Assembly (NCBI GenBank): GCA_045647355.1
Contig: JAZRMF010000001.1
Coordinates: 81,714-145,713 of the forward strand
Origin: Candidatus Enterousia sp.
GTDB lineage: Bacteria; Pseudomonadota; Alphaproteobacteria; Rs-D84
Reading direction: 5' to 3'
DNA: 64,000 nucleotides
Part shown: positions 1 to 10,545 of the stretch, piece after piece
How positions within the stretch are numbered: position 1 is the stretch's first letter
Layout of the letters: the number at the start of each line of letters is the position of its first letter
Position numbers and translations under genes: made by a program
The notes under the pieces: generated by a model
What the model was told of the DNA's origin: nothing
Databases searched by the model: none
Seen by the model: only the letters and a program-made list of their open reading frames with translations

Positions 1-6
1 CAAATT

Positions 7-453
7 TTATTCGATAATGATTAATGGTTGATCAAATTCAACGGCCTGGCCGTCAGATACCAATATTTCTTTGACCGTACCATCTTTGTCAGATTTAATT
101 GGGTTAAAGGTCTTCATGGCCTCGACCAAAATAACTGTATCGCCGGCCTTGATTTGTGCGCCGACCTTGGTAAATGGCTTTGCGCCCGGTTCCGGGGACA
201 GATACGCAACCCCAACCATAGGCGATTTTAACGCATAGCCCGATGCATTTTCATTGGATGGTTCACTGGTTGTGTGCTTCGCATTTTCAGAAACAGGTAA
301 TGCCGGCATCGCAACCGCAGTCGCCGTTTGCTTTGATAAATGTATATGTTTACGATAAACACCAAACAAGAACTGACGTTCCAAATCAAGTTCTGTAATC
401 CCCATATCATCCATAATCTTGGACATGGATTCTACGGTTGAACGAAATGACAT
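7..453 (-). CDS. accB: Acetyl-CoA carboxylase biotin carboxyl carrier protein
   Basis: C-terminal biotinyl domain with EAMK motif (LVEAMKTFN) and SPMVG. Confidence 0.95.
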   Translation of the reverse strand: MSFRSTVESMSKIMDDMGITELDLERQFLFGVYRKHIHLSKQTATAVAMPALPVSENAKHTTSEPSNENASGYALKSPMVGVAYLSPEPGAKPFTKVGAQIKAGDTVILVEAMKTFNPIKSDKDGTVKEILVSDGQAVEFDQPLIIIE

Positions 454-492
454 TTCATAATCCTTTTGTAAAATTACTTTTATATCAACAAG

Positions 493-520
493 ATTCTAAC
501 ATAAAACCATAACTTGTCAA
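493..520 (-). promoter_or_regulatory. Sigma70-like promoter for accB
   Basis: TTGACA-16 nt-TAGAAT with extended -10 TG on the minus strand. Confidence 0.6.
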
Positions 521-756
521 GGCACAGGGTCAAAACCGAACCCGCCACCCGGCCGACACCGCAGAATTCTGCGGATTCCCATAATTGTTCCCCGAACCAA
601 TCCGTAACGCGAAATTGCCGTTTTGGTGTATTCACTGCACGTTGGAGTGAAACGGCATGCCGCACGTCCCCCAAATACGGGCGAAATAAACCCTTGGTAG
701 AAACGAATAAGCGCAATTCCAAAAACACGCGGAAAATTACGAATTTTATTTAACAT
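517..756 (-). CDS. yidD: Membrane protein insertion efficiency factor YidD
   Basis: IRFYQGFISP...CRFTPTCSEY...RILRCRP...GFDPVP signature; start trimmed to MLNKIRN (765 is an alternative), overlapping the rnpA stop. Confidence 0.9.
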   Translation of the reverse strand: MLNKIRNFPRVFGIALIRFYQGFISPVFGGRAACRFTPTCSEYTKTAISRYGLVRGTIMGIRRILRCRPGGGFGFDPVP

Positions 757-1093
757 TTTTATCATGTTCTGTGGCGATATACCGCAACGCCTTGGCCATC
801 GCATTACGACCATCTTCACGCGTCGCAGTAAGAATATTTGCATACGCAATAAAGATATAGTCGTATTCGCCCAGCATCAGCCCCTCGTTAAACCGTACCC
901 AATCACGCAACAGGCGCTTTGCCCGATTACGGTCAACGGCAAACCGAAATGTCCGCTTGGCCGCGACAAATCCGACACGCGGGTCATCTGGGAATTTTGC
1001 GGATTTGGCCCGAATCATGAAATAGGCAGAACGTGCCGATGGATCTGTATCGGCGGTTTTAAAATCTTGATATTTTTTTATTGTGTCTCGCAT
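746..1093 (-). CDS. rnpA: Ribonuclease P protein component
   Basis: RVGFVAAKRTFRFAVDRNRAKRLLR RNR motif; adjacent to yidD. Confidence 0.92.
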   Translation of the reverse strand: MRDTIKKYQDFKTADTDPSARSAYFMIRAKSAKFPDDPRVGFVAAKRTFRFAVDRNRAKRLLRDWVRFNEGLMLGEYDYIFIAYANILTATREDGRNAMAKALRYIATEHDKNVK

Positions 1094-1201
1094 ATGGGTA
1101 ATAATACCAAAATATATGTAAAGTCAAAGAAAAAACGTTTTTCAACGTTTTTCGCCTCTACGGCTTGATTTTTCATAATTCCGCGTTTATAGTGGTGTTG
1201 A

Positions 1202-2302
<1,101 letters not shown>

Positions 2303-2329
2303 AAAACACCGGCAAATGCCGGTGTTTTT
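2303..2329 (+). terminator. Rho-independent terminator after mreB
   Basis: AAAACACCGGC-AAAT-GCCGGTGTTTTT hairpin plus T tract. Confidence 0.85.
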
Positions 2330-2383
2330 GCTTGCTTTCCCTTAAATTTTTGCTAAATTTCAGCGAGAACAAAGGGGTTTTTA

Positions 2384-3184
2384 ATGAGCGATCCAAATCA
2401 AGAATATATTGCGTATCGAAATGCATTTAGATACGATGATTATGAAACTTTTAAGAAAGTTTGTTTAAACAACAAACATGATTATAGCGTTATAAGATTT
2501 ATAGATAAAGATGTTAATAAAAAACTGAAGCGGGATTCAGAATTTATCGAGATTTATCGCGATGACATCGGCAGGACACCGTATCTCGTAATTGAATCTG
2601 CGGTTAAAGATAATGAGATCTATACGACAGAATTAGGACATTGTCTGTATAAAGATCAAAACTTTTTATCAAAGTTTGGTTTGGGGCGTTTGGCGGATTT
2701 TGCCACAGGATACCTGCGCGCCGATATTTTAAATGGTTGCGACGGTCTGGAACCAACATACGAATTTTGCCAAGATTTTGACATTAGAAATGAACAATAC
2801 AGGGAATTGAAAAAATTATTATTATCTGATACATTTAGTATAAAAATTAGTGAACCAGATAATGCGTTCGCACATCAGCAAACATACCAAAGCAGAGTCG
2901 TAAGCGAATATTACAGACCTGTGTTCAGAATTATTACAAGTCCGACAACCCATAATTATTATATAAATCTATTGGCGTGCAACAGTCGGTTCTTTGATTC
3001 ATCTACTAATCGGGTTACCGATAAAAAAGAAAAAGAGAAGGTTGATTTTATTCCTTTGTTATATTGTCAAAAAGTGTTAATAAGCCGATTGGTAAATCAT
3101 TTGGCAGAAGTTCAGAAATCATGGTCTGATGTAGACAGACAACGTCTGTGGGCGCTGCGTGGAATTGAAAAAGGCAGCAAATAA
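2384..3184 (+). CDS. Hypothetical protein (266 aa)
   Basis: Long ORF, AAAGGGG SD, own terminator; no motif recognised. Confidence 0.8.
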   Translation: MSDPNQEYIAYRNAFRYDDYETFKKVCLNNKHDYSVIRFIDKDVNKKLKRDSEFIEIYRDDIGRTPYLVIESAVKDNEIYTTELGHCLYKDQNFLSKFGLGRLADFATGYLRADILNGCDGLEPTYEFCQDFDIRNEQYRELKKLLLSDTFSIKISEPDNAFAHQQTYQSRVVSEYYRPVFRIITSPTTHNYYINLLACNSRFFDSSTNRVTDKKEKEKVDFIPLLYCQKVLISRLVNHLAEVQKSWSDVDRQRLWALRGIEKGSK

Positions 3185-3213
3185 ATAAAAACCGGCACAT
3201 GCCGGTTTTTATT
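3184..3213. terminator. Bidirectional terminator between convergent genes
   Basis: AATAAAAACCGGC-ACAT-GCCGGTTTTTATT. Confidence 0.85.
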
Positions 3214-3856
3214 TTTTATAATCACAATATTTTGCCAATGGGCAATTTTCACACTTTGGACGAAGGGCGGTGCATGTGTACCGTCCAAACAGGACCATTA
3301 CGTGATTTACAATTGAATGATACTCTTTCGGAATTTTCTTTAATAATTCTGTTTCAACTTTTTCCGGTGTATTCACACCATCATTAACCCACCCATACCT
3401 GTGTGCCAGACGGAATACATGTGTATCAACACCGATATTTGGCGCGTCCCATAAAACATTCATTATTACATTTGCGGTTTTCTGACCAATTCCCGGTAAT
3501 TTCATCAGGGTATCGCGATTATGGTATTTCTGTGGAAAGACCCAATTATCGTCATCAGTTTTAATATCCGCCAATTGTTCGGACAATGCTATGATATTTT
3601 TGGCCTTGTTATTAAAGAACGATATAACGCGTATATGTTTCTTTAAACCATCCAATCCCAATTCCAACATCTTTTGTGGTGTCGGTGCCACGCGAAATAG
3701 GGCGGGTGTAACTTCGTTCACCTTTTTATCGGTTGCCTGAGCCGAAAGTATTACCGCAACCGCAAATGTAAAATCATTTACAGAATATAACTCTGACCGA
3801 ATATTCATATTAAGATTATTCGGTACAACACCAAAGAAACGCGCAGGTGTTATCAT
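3209..3856 (-). CDS. nth: Endonuclease III
   Basis: VILSAQATD, HhH LPGIGQKTANV, VDTHVFR and C-terminal CX6CX2CX5C 4Fe-4S motif. Confidence 0.96.
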   Translation of the reverse strand: MITPARFFGVVPNNLNMNIRSELYSVNDFTFAVAVILSAQATDKKVNEVTPALFRVAPTPQKMLELGLDGLKKHIRVISFFNNKAKNIIALSEQLADIKTDDDNWVFPQKYHNRDTLMKLPGIGQKTANVIMNVLWDAPNIGVDTHVFRLAHRYGWVNDGVNTPEKVETELLKKIPKEYHSIVNHVMVLFGRYTCTALRPKCENCPLAKYCDYKK

Positions 3857-3859
3857 ATT

Positions 3860-4387
3860 CTAATTCTGCGCACAGATTGCCCCACATTTTGAATTGCAAT
3901 CCAATTCAACCTTTTTGGGTTCGGTGGTATACTGATAACGTACGGTTCTTTCGACAATTAAACCGTCCAAATCACATGTACATGTGATTGTATTTTGCGC
4001 GCTGTATTGCGCAGTTTTTTCACCATTTACAATACTGGTGTTGCGTGACGAAGAAAAACTGGACCCGCAACCAATAAATTTCCCTTTGGTGTCACCATCT
4101 GTCTTTTTGGCAGTTTCGTTTTTTTCAGCGGTTGTCACAGATACAGTTTGTTTGCTATCTTTGTTAACTTCTGTTTTTTGCGAAACCTTTTGTTCTGTGA
4201 CAGATTTTTCATCTGCCTTTACATCATTTTTTTCTGCACCTTTGTCAGAAAATGATTGTTCGGTAACGGTGATATTATCTGCCGCCCTTGGGATAGTTCC
4301 CCAAGGGTTAGCAAACAACATCCAGAATTTACAGAAAACAACCAAACATACCACACATACCAAAATAAATTTATCTTCTTTTTTCAT
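3860..4387 (-). CDS. Hypothetical membrane-anchored protein with Cys-rich C-terminus
   Basis: N-terminal hydrophobic segment, low-complexity K/E/T linker, several C-terminal Cys; tightly coupled to ileS and nth. Confidence 0.75.
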   Translation of the reverse strand: MKKEDKFILVCVVCLVVFCKFWMLFANPWGTIPRAADNITVTEQSFSDKGAEKNDVKADEKSVTEQKVSQKTEVNKDSKQTVSVTTAEKNETAKKTDGDTKGKFIGCGSSFSSSRNTSIVNGEKTAQYSAQNTITCTCDLDGLIVERTVRYQYTTEPKKVELDCNSKCGAICAQN

Positions 4388-4389
4388 TT

Positions 4390-7300
4390 TTATGCCTTTT
4401 GTATTGATATTCCAAAGTTATACCCTTCGATGTCTTTAAAGTATTCGGCATCACCGGGTGCCATTTCACGGATTAACGCATCCGCCATAATACGTTTACG
4501 ATGCTGTTCGATTGCACCAGACAGTGCCAAATCCGCCGTATAGGTAAGATTTATTCTGTCGGATACATCCAAACCAATTTCTTTACGTGTGTCTTGGATA
4601 AATCGCAACGCATCGTTCGCCAAACCTTCGGCAATCAATTCTGAATTAAGTTCCGTATCCAAAATCACAACCGCCGTATTATCGGGCAGGGCGATTCCAG
4701 TTACACCATCTTTGATAGTTAAACGGTTTTCAAATTCATCTGCATTCAATGTGTATGAACCGACAACCAATTTATCACCATCCAATTCATAATCGCCACG
4801 TTTTACGGCCGGTATGATTTCACGTAATGCACCACCCAGGCGGCTACCGATTTTTGGTGTGACCAAGTATATGAAACTGTCTGCGACTTTATTCGCGCTG
4901 TCCACCCATTCAACAGATTTCACATTTAATTCATCACGAATTATATTTGTGTAATCTGGCATTGCGTGTCCACCCGCAACCGTCAATTTGGCAAGTGGCA
5001 AACGATTACGCAATTTGTATTGTTCGCGCAACTGTTTACCTGCGGACACTATTGCCTGAACCCGGCGCATATCGGTCACAATATTCATATCCACAGAATC
5101 TGCGACAGGCCAATCTTCCAAATGCACGGATTCTTTGCCTGTTAAATTCTTGTAGATATATTCCGATATAAACGGTGCGAACGGTGCCATTATCTTGGCC
5201 AGATTTACCAACACATAATATAACGTATTAAATGCGGTATTATCTTCATCCCAGAAGCGGTCACGATTACGACGGATATACCAGTTATTCAATATATCCA
5301 AGAATCTAATAAATTCTTTGATTGCTATATCAGGTTTATACTGGTTCAAAGAATCCGTTGTGATTTTCATCAATCGGCTTAATTCAGCCATGATGTATTT
5401 ATCCAACAGATTCGTAGATGTATTGTTCATCTCGGCTGTGATATTCCCTGCATTGGCGTACAATGTAAAGAAGTGATACGCATTCCAAAGCGGTGTCAAA
5501 ATCGTTTTGATTGTATCGCCAAATACTTTACCTTCTTTATCCACACCAACTGTTTCCGCCTTCATAAATGTGCTGCCTTGGATGAATAAACGTATTGCAT
5601 CCGCACTGTATGTTTCTAATTGTTCAGACGGTTCAACATAGTTGTGTAATGATTTCGAGAATTTTCTTTTTTGTTCGTCACAAATCAGACCATTGGCCGA
5701 CACAACACGGAACGCAGGTTTATCAAACAGCGCAACCGCCATAACCATCAACCCATAGAACCATCCACGTGTTTGTTCGTCCGCTTCGATAATGTAATCA
5801 GCCGGAAATGTCTTTTCAAACACATCTTTGTTTTCAAATGGGTAATGCAGGTGTGCAAACGGCATAGAACCACTTTCAAACCAACAATCCAAAACATCGG
5901 GTATACGTTTCCATCCGTCTTTTTCCAATTTATCCAATGTTGGGCGATGCAAATCGTCTATCTTGGTGCCAAAGAATTCTTCCATTTCGGCGATAGAACC
6001 GAATACCTTGTATTCGCCGTTTCTTTCCCAAATTGGTAAAGGAACACCCCAATATCTGTTTCTGGTTATACCCCATTCACGTGCGTTCTCAATCCATGAC
6101 AAGAATCGATTACCTGCAGACGTCCATGTTGTTTGGGTCTTGGTTATTTCAACCAACCTGTCACGGATTTTTGGCACATCAACATACCATGCATCGGTCG
6201 CACGATAGATAAGTTTTTCTTTACTACGTGGGCCATATGGGTAACTGTGCTTGTGCTGGTCCTTTTTAACCAGTATGCCATTACTGCGCAACCAGTCTAT
6301 TATTTTTGGATTTGCATCAAAAATATTCATACCCGGCCAATCTTTTACTGTTGAATCAAAATTACCAAAGTCATCAACATTTAATATGACTGGGAATTTT
6401 GGATCAATTGCTTTGGCCGCCCAATAATCATCTTCACCATATGCCGGGGCAATATGAACGATACCCGTACCATCACCATCCGAAACATAATCCGCAGGAA
6501 TTATCGTATACAGGCCATGTCCTTCTTTGGCCAAATCTGTATAGTATGGGAATATCGGTGTATAGTGCAAACCAACCAATTCGGCACCCGTACATTCGCC
6601 AACCTTTTCCGATGTCGCAAATATCTTTTCATACGCAGACACCCTTGATTCTGCCAAGATATATACATGGCCATCATCGTGGCGCATTTTTACATACTTC
6701 ATCTTTGGGTTTACGGCCAATGCAGAATTCGCCGGCAATGTCCATGGTGTTGTCGTCCATGCAATTGCACGTTCACCATTTTCCAATTCAAACCAGACGG
6801 TCACCGTATCATCGACAACATCCTTGTATTCTGATGAAGCCTCGGAATTAGAAAGGACGGTTCCCAATTTCCAATCATACGGATTAACTTTGAAATCTTT
6901 ATACAACAAACCTTTGTCATATAACTGTTTCAATCCCCATATTACAGATTCCATATAATTTTTATCCATGGTGCGATAACCATAATTGTCACCACCATCA
7001 ACCCAACGGCCAACGCGTTCAACAAATCGCAACCATCCGTTGCAGTATGTTGTCACACTGGTTCTGCATAAATCGCAGAACACATCTATGCCGTCTTGTT
7101 CAACAATTTTCTTGGCGGTGCGGCCTTCTTGTTGTTCAACGGCTGTTTCTGCCGGTAACCCATGGCAATCCCAACCAAGTTCGCGTTTTACATATCTTCC
7201 GCACATGGTTTTATAACGGGAAACCATATCTTTTATACACGAAACCCCCAAGTGTCCCCAATGCGGTAAACCATTGGCAAACGGTGGACCATCATAGAAA

Positions 7301-7428
7301 TTAAATGGTTCACCCATTTTTGTCTTTTCTAGTGATTTATGAAACGTATCATCTTGCCGCCAAAAGTCCAACACTTCATGTTCCAATTCAGAAAAGTTTA
7401 CTTTCGGTTCTGTTTTTTTATATGCCAT
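4390..7428 (-). CDS. ileS: Isoleucine--tRNA ligase (IleRS type 2-like)
   Basis: FYDGPPFANGLPHWGH, GWDCHGLP, WTTTPWTLP, GDGTGIVHIAP and KFSKS; type-2-like C-terminus without zinc finger; start at MAYKK after GGAG. Confidence 0.97.
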   Translation of the reverse strand: MAYKKTEPKVNFSELEHEVLDFWRQDDTFHKSLEKTKMGEPFNFYDGPPFANGLPHWGHLGVSCIKDMVSRYKTMCGRYVKRELGWDCHGLPAETAVEQQEGRTAKKIVEQDGIDVFCDLCRTSVTTYCNGWLRFVERVGRWVDGGDNYGYRTMDKNYMESVIWGLKQLYDKGLLYKDFKVNPYDWKLGTVLSNSEASSEYKDVVDDTVTVWFELENGERAIAWTTTPWTLPANSALAVNPKMKYVKMRHDDGHVYILAESRVSAYEKIFATSEKVGECTGAELVGLHYTPIFPYYTDLAKEGHGLYTIIPADYVSDGDGTGIVHIAPAYGEDDYWAAKAIDPKFPVILNVDDFGNFDSTVKDWPGMNIFDANPKIIDWLRSNGILVKKDQHKHSYPYGPRSKEKLIYRATDAWYVDVPKIRDRLVEITKTQTTWTSAGNRFLSWIENAREWGITRNRYWGVPLPIWERNGEYKVFGSIAEMEEFFGTKIDDLHRPTLDKLEKDGWKRIPDVLDCWFESGSMPFAHLHYPFENKDVFEKTFPADYIIEADEQTRGWFYGLMVMAVALFDKPAFRVVSANGLICDEQKRKFSKSLHNYVEPSEQLETYSADAIRLFIQGSTFMKAETVGVDKEGKVFGDTIKTILTPLWNAYHFFTLYANAGNITAEMNNTSTNLLDKYIMAELSRLMKITTDSLNQYKPDIAIKEFIRFLDILNNWYIRRNRDRFWDEDNTAFNTLYYVLVNLAKIMAPFAPFISEYIYKNLTGKESVHLEDWPVADSVDMNIVTDMRRVQAIVSAGKQLREQYKLRNRLPLAKLTVAGGHAMPDYTNIIRDELNVKSVEWVDSANKVADSFIYLVTPKIGSRLGGALREIIPAVKRGDYELDGDKLVVGSYTLNADEFENRLTIKDGVTGIALPDNTAVVILDTELNSELIAEGLANDALRFIQDTRKEIGLDVSDRINLTYTADLALSGAIEQHRKRIMADALIREMAPGDAEYFKDIEGYNFGISIQKA

Positions 7429-7456
7429 TTTTATGTACTCCATATGCTGTTATTAT

Positions 7457-7480
7457 AAAAAAACGGGCGCCTATGCGCCC
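7457..7480 (-). terminator. Attenuator terminator upstream of ileS
   Basis: Minus strand GGGCGC-ATAG-GCGCCC-G-TTTTTTT between the leader ORF and the ileS SD. Confidence 0.8.
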
Positions 7481-7507
7481 CAGCCAACGCCAAAGCGCAG
7501 CACTGGT

Positions 7508-7540
7508 TTACCTTATAATAATTATTTCTTTTGTTTTCAT
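7508..7540 (-). CDS. Putative ileS leader peptide MKTKEIIIIR
   Basis: ATG AAA ACA AAA GAA ATA ATT ATT ATA AGG TAA: four tandem Ile codons directly upstream of the terminator and ileS. Confidence 0.75.
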   Translation of the reverse strand: MKTKEIIIIR

Positions 7541-7548
7541 CGCAGGTT

Positions 7549-7577
7549 AGTGTAATATATTAAAATTGGAATTTCCA
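7549..7577 (-). promoter_or_regulatory. Putative promoter for the ileS leader (near-leaderless)
   Basis: TGGAAA-17 nt-TACACT ending 8 nt before the leader ATG. Confidence 0.5.
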
Positions 7578-7604
7578 GTATTTTATGCAAAAAATACAAG
7601 TTGC

Positions 7605-7632
7605 TTGACAAGTTTACTTTTTGTGCTATATT
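7605..7632 (+). promoter_or_regulatory. Sigma70-like promoter
   Basis: TTGACA-16 nt-TATATT with extended -10 TG. Confidence 0.65.
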
Positions 7633-7664
7633 TTGAGTACAAGAAGTTTATTGAGGAGACGAAC

Positions 7665-8273
7665 ATGATAAAAGACGAAAAGTTAAAAAGAAGACTGTAT
7701 ATGTTGTTGTGTGATATTGCGAAACTGGGTGACAAGACAGCGGCATTTTTTATTGCGGTATTTAAGGCACCAAACGATGTTCAAGAAGACATGACAGACC
7801 CTGAAAAATTCAAGGAATCTGTATTCAACAGATATAGAATTAATTATAAACGCTATATCCTGGAACAGAATCAACACCGCCTGCAAAAACTTGTTGGTGG
7901 AAAAGTAGAGCGCGTCACAAAAAGTGCGGATTCTGATATGTTGCAAGAGATTGCCGATAAAGGCCTGACAGATGTTATCTTGTCAGAAAACAGCCCTTTC
8001 CGTATTTCCGATGTTAGCTATTTCGAAGCAACCGAACATCAATTGCCATTACCTATGGTATGTAAATATGGTGATTATAGAATCAAATTTGCATCTGCGG
8101 GTATGGGATGGTGCGGCAGCACACAGCGCGAAAACGGATTCATATCCAAGCGCAACGCAAAAGGTCATTATGAACCTGTTGCCACAATTTCACCGGAATT
8201 ATCCGACTATTTGGCAAAAATTGTCGATGAAAAGGCGAAGATGCAAAAGGCCGAAAAGGAACAAGCACGTTAA
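7665..8273 (+). CDS. Hypothetical protein
   Basis: ORF with GAGGAG SD before MIKDEK; promoter upstream and terminator downstream. Confidence 0.8.
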   Translation: MIKDEKLKRRLYMLLCDIAKLGDKTAAFFIAVFKAPNDVQEDMTDPEKFKESVFNRYRINYKRYILEQNQHRLQKLVGGKVERVTKSADSDMLQEIADKGLTDVILSENSPFRISDVSYFEATEHQLPLPMVCKYGDYRIKFASAGMGWCGSTQRENGFISKRNAKGHYEPVATISPELSDYLAKIVDEKAKMQKAEKEQAR

Positions 8274-8294
8274 TATAAAAAAATTAAACAAAAC

Positions 8295-8316
8295 ACCGCC
8301 CAAATGGGCGGTTTTT
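8295..8316. terminator. Terminator between the hypothetical gene and tRNA-Thr
   Basis: ACCGCCC-AAAT-GGGCGGT-TTTT. Confidence 0.8.
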
Positions 8317-8321
8317 ATTTG

Positions 8322-8397
8322 TGGTGCCGGTGATAGGACTTGAACCTACGACCCCCTCATTACGAATGAGATGCTCTACCAGCTGAGCTACACCGGC
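8322..8397 (-). tRNA. tRNA-Thr(CGT)
   Basis: GCCGGTGTAGCTCAGCTGGTAGAGC...TTCGTAA loop...GGTTCAAGTCC...ACCA cloverleaf with encoded CCA. Confidence 0.95.
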
Positions 8398-8443
8398 GAT
8401 GCGCAAGTCACTTTACATAACATCCTTTCCTTTTGCAAGTATT

Positions 8444-8890
8444 TTATTTGCCGTTATACGGGGTCAATTGTGACATAAAAAATCTATTTAAATCGCTAAG
8501 GCGTTCCATGTTATAATCTTGGGGCATTTCAGAATCCCATTGTTCTTTTGCAGCAATTGATTCAAAAATCTGCATATTCCTTTGATTTTTGCGGTCTGTG
8601 ATTGCCCTGGCCTTTATACTTGTATATGAATTCACCAAAAACGAATTTTTTTCGGGATATCGCGAATCATATCTATGATTGTCTGTAACCAAAGTCCACT
8701 TGTCTGGATTGTGAACCGTGATTTGTTCAGACGTTGGAACAGATTTAATGAACGTATATCTTAACACCCATTGATTACAATAATATCGTGTTATCATGGC
8801 AAGGTCGTTATCTGGTGTTATACCATATTCAAACTCTACGTTCACTTTGTATTGGTTCATTGCCATATTAAATTCGTCAACCCACGTCAT
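8444..8890 (-). CDS. Hypothetical protein (148 aa)
   Basis: ATGA overlap with the mnmG stop, consistent with translational coupling. Confidence 0.75.
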   Translation of the reverse strand: MTWVDEFNMAMNQYKVNVEFEYGITPDNDLAMITRYYCNQWVLRYTFIKSVPTSEQITVHNPDKWTLVTDNHRYDSRYPEKNSFLVNSYTSIKARAITDRKNQRNMQIFESIAAKEQWDSEMPQDYNMERLSDLNRFFMSQLTPYNGK

Positions 8891-10545
8891 TGTTTATCCT
8901 TTCCTTGATTTATTTTCCGCAACACAACCATTATCCCCGCCGGGGTCATTCCCGGTATTCTTTGCAATTCTGCAAGTGTCGTTGGACGCGCACGATTTAA
9001 TTTTTCACACAATTCCCGTGTCAGCCCCGAAAGACCACTATAATCAAAATCCGCCGGTATTTTTATTGTTCTGTCGCGGCGGTATGATTCTATTTCCCGT
9101 TCATTTCGCATAATATATCCGGCATAAAATCTGTCGTTTTCGGCAATTTTACCGGCTTTTTCGTGCATTTTTTTCAAAAAGGCACTTTCAGATATCAAAC
9201 CCAAATCAACCCCAATTGGCCCCATACGTGATATTGCATTATCCGCACGCAGGTTTAAACGATATTCCGAACGCGAAGTAAACATACGATATGGTTCATC
9301 AACCCCAAGTGTTGTTATATCATCTATCATAACACCTATCATTGAATTGGTTCTATCGATTTCCAACCCGGGCAATGAAAGAGCAAATGCGGCGGCGTTT
9401 GCGCCGGCAACAATTCCCTGGGCGGCGGCTTCTTCGTATCCAGACGTACCGTTTATTTGTCCTGCAAAGAATAACCCGGGGGCATCGCGTGACATTAAAT
9501 GTGAATCCAGCACGCGTGCATCAATCGCATCATATTCAATTGCGTATCCATACCGGGCAATCCGCGCATTTTGCAGCCCCGGAATAGTGCGAATCCACCT
9601 GTCTTGGATATCGCGGCCAAAACTGGTTGAAATACCATTTGGGTAAATTAAATCACTGTGTAATCCTTCGGGTTCTAAAAACACATGATGCGACAGGTGT
9701 TCTGGGAACCGCATTACTTTATCTTCCAAAGACGGGCAATAACGTGGCCCAATTCCCGAAATATCACCATTATACATTGGCGCATTTTTAATATTATCAC
9801 GAATTATTTTGTGAGTTTCTTCGTTGGTGTGTGTGATAAAACAGACCGCAACATTATTGTCTGTATCACACCCATCAGAAAACCAATCATGTGGGTTATC
9901 GGGGCGTTGTTCTTCACACACAGAAAAATCAATAGAATCACGATAAATACGTGCTGGTGTCCCAGTTTTAAGGCGAATTATATCAAATCCAAAATCGCGC
10001 AATGCACCAGAAATTACCGTATCGGGCGATTGATACGTACCGTCGTCCATGATTCGCCCTGATGGTGTTTTTTCCGCACCCATTGTGACCAAACCACCCA
10101 AAAATGTTCCAGTTGTAAAAACAATAGACTTTGCCATGTATGCGTTATTTATTACTTTATTCGCCAAATCAACAGATTCGACCGTTTCAAATAACACGGT
10201 CAAGTTTTCGTATTCGGCCAAAATTTTGATAATCGCATTATGATATAATTCACGGTCAATTTGTGCGCGCAACGCTTGGGTCGCCGGTCCATGTGATGCA
10301 TTCAATGTTCTAAAATGTATTCCGGCCATATCGGCACCGCGTGGCATTACACTACCAAGTGCATCTATTTCCGCAACCATTTGCGATTTTCCCGGCCCGC
10401 CAATAGAAGGATTGCACGACATCGCACCTAAATCTGATTCGCGCATTGTTAACAGTAATGTCGTGGCACCACGACGCGCAGATGCCGCGGCTGCCTCGAC
10501 ACCCGCATGTCCACCACCAATAACAATTACATCAAACCTTTGCAT
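8887..10545 (-). CDS. mnmG: tRNA uridine-5-carboxymethylaminomethyl(34) synthesis enzyme MnmG
   Basis: VIGGGHAGVEAA, MSCNPSIGG, RLKTGTPAR, GPRYCPSLEDK and AGQINGTSGYEEAAAQG. Confidence 0.97.
   Translation of the reverse strand: MQRFDVIVIGGGHAGVEAAAASARRGATTLLLTMRESDLGAMSCNPSIGGPGKSQMVAEIDALGSVMPRGADMAGIHFRTLNASHGPATQALRAQIDRELYHNAIIKILAEYENLTVLFETVESVDLANKVINNAYMAKSIVFTTGTFLGGLVTMGAEKTPSGRIMDDGTYQSPDTVISGALRDFGFDIIRLKTGTPARIYRDSIDFSVCEEQRPDNPHDWFSDGCDTDNNVAVCFITHTNEETHKIIRDNIKNAPMYNGDISGIGPRYCPSLEDKVMRFPEHLSHHVFLEPEGLHSDLIYPNGISTSFGRDIQDRWIRTIPGLQNARIARYGYAIEYDAIDARVLDSHLMSRDAPGLFFAGQINGTSGYEEAAAQGIVAGANAAAFALSLPGLEIDRTNSMIGVMIDDITTLGVDEPYRMFTSRSEYRLNLRADNAISRMGPIGVDLGLISESAFLKKMHEKAGKIAENDRFYAGYIMRNEREIESYRRDRTIKIPADFDYSGLSGLTRELCEKLNRARPTTLAELQRIPGMTPAGIMVVLRKINQGKDKQ

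Noticed and set aside
1131-1152. AAAAACGTT-TTTC-AACGTTTTT palindrome near the rnpA/mreB divergent promoters as an origin signal
   Set aside because: Only one DnaA-like box, far weaker than the 33.1-33.4 kb cluster; possibly an operator but unsupported.
7430-7560. T-box riboswitch upstream of ileS
   Set aside because: The leader is too short for Stem I and no AGGGTGGNACC T-box sequence is present; the leader-peptide model fits better.
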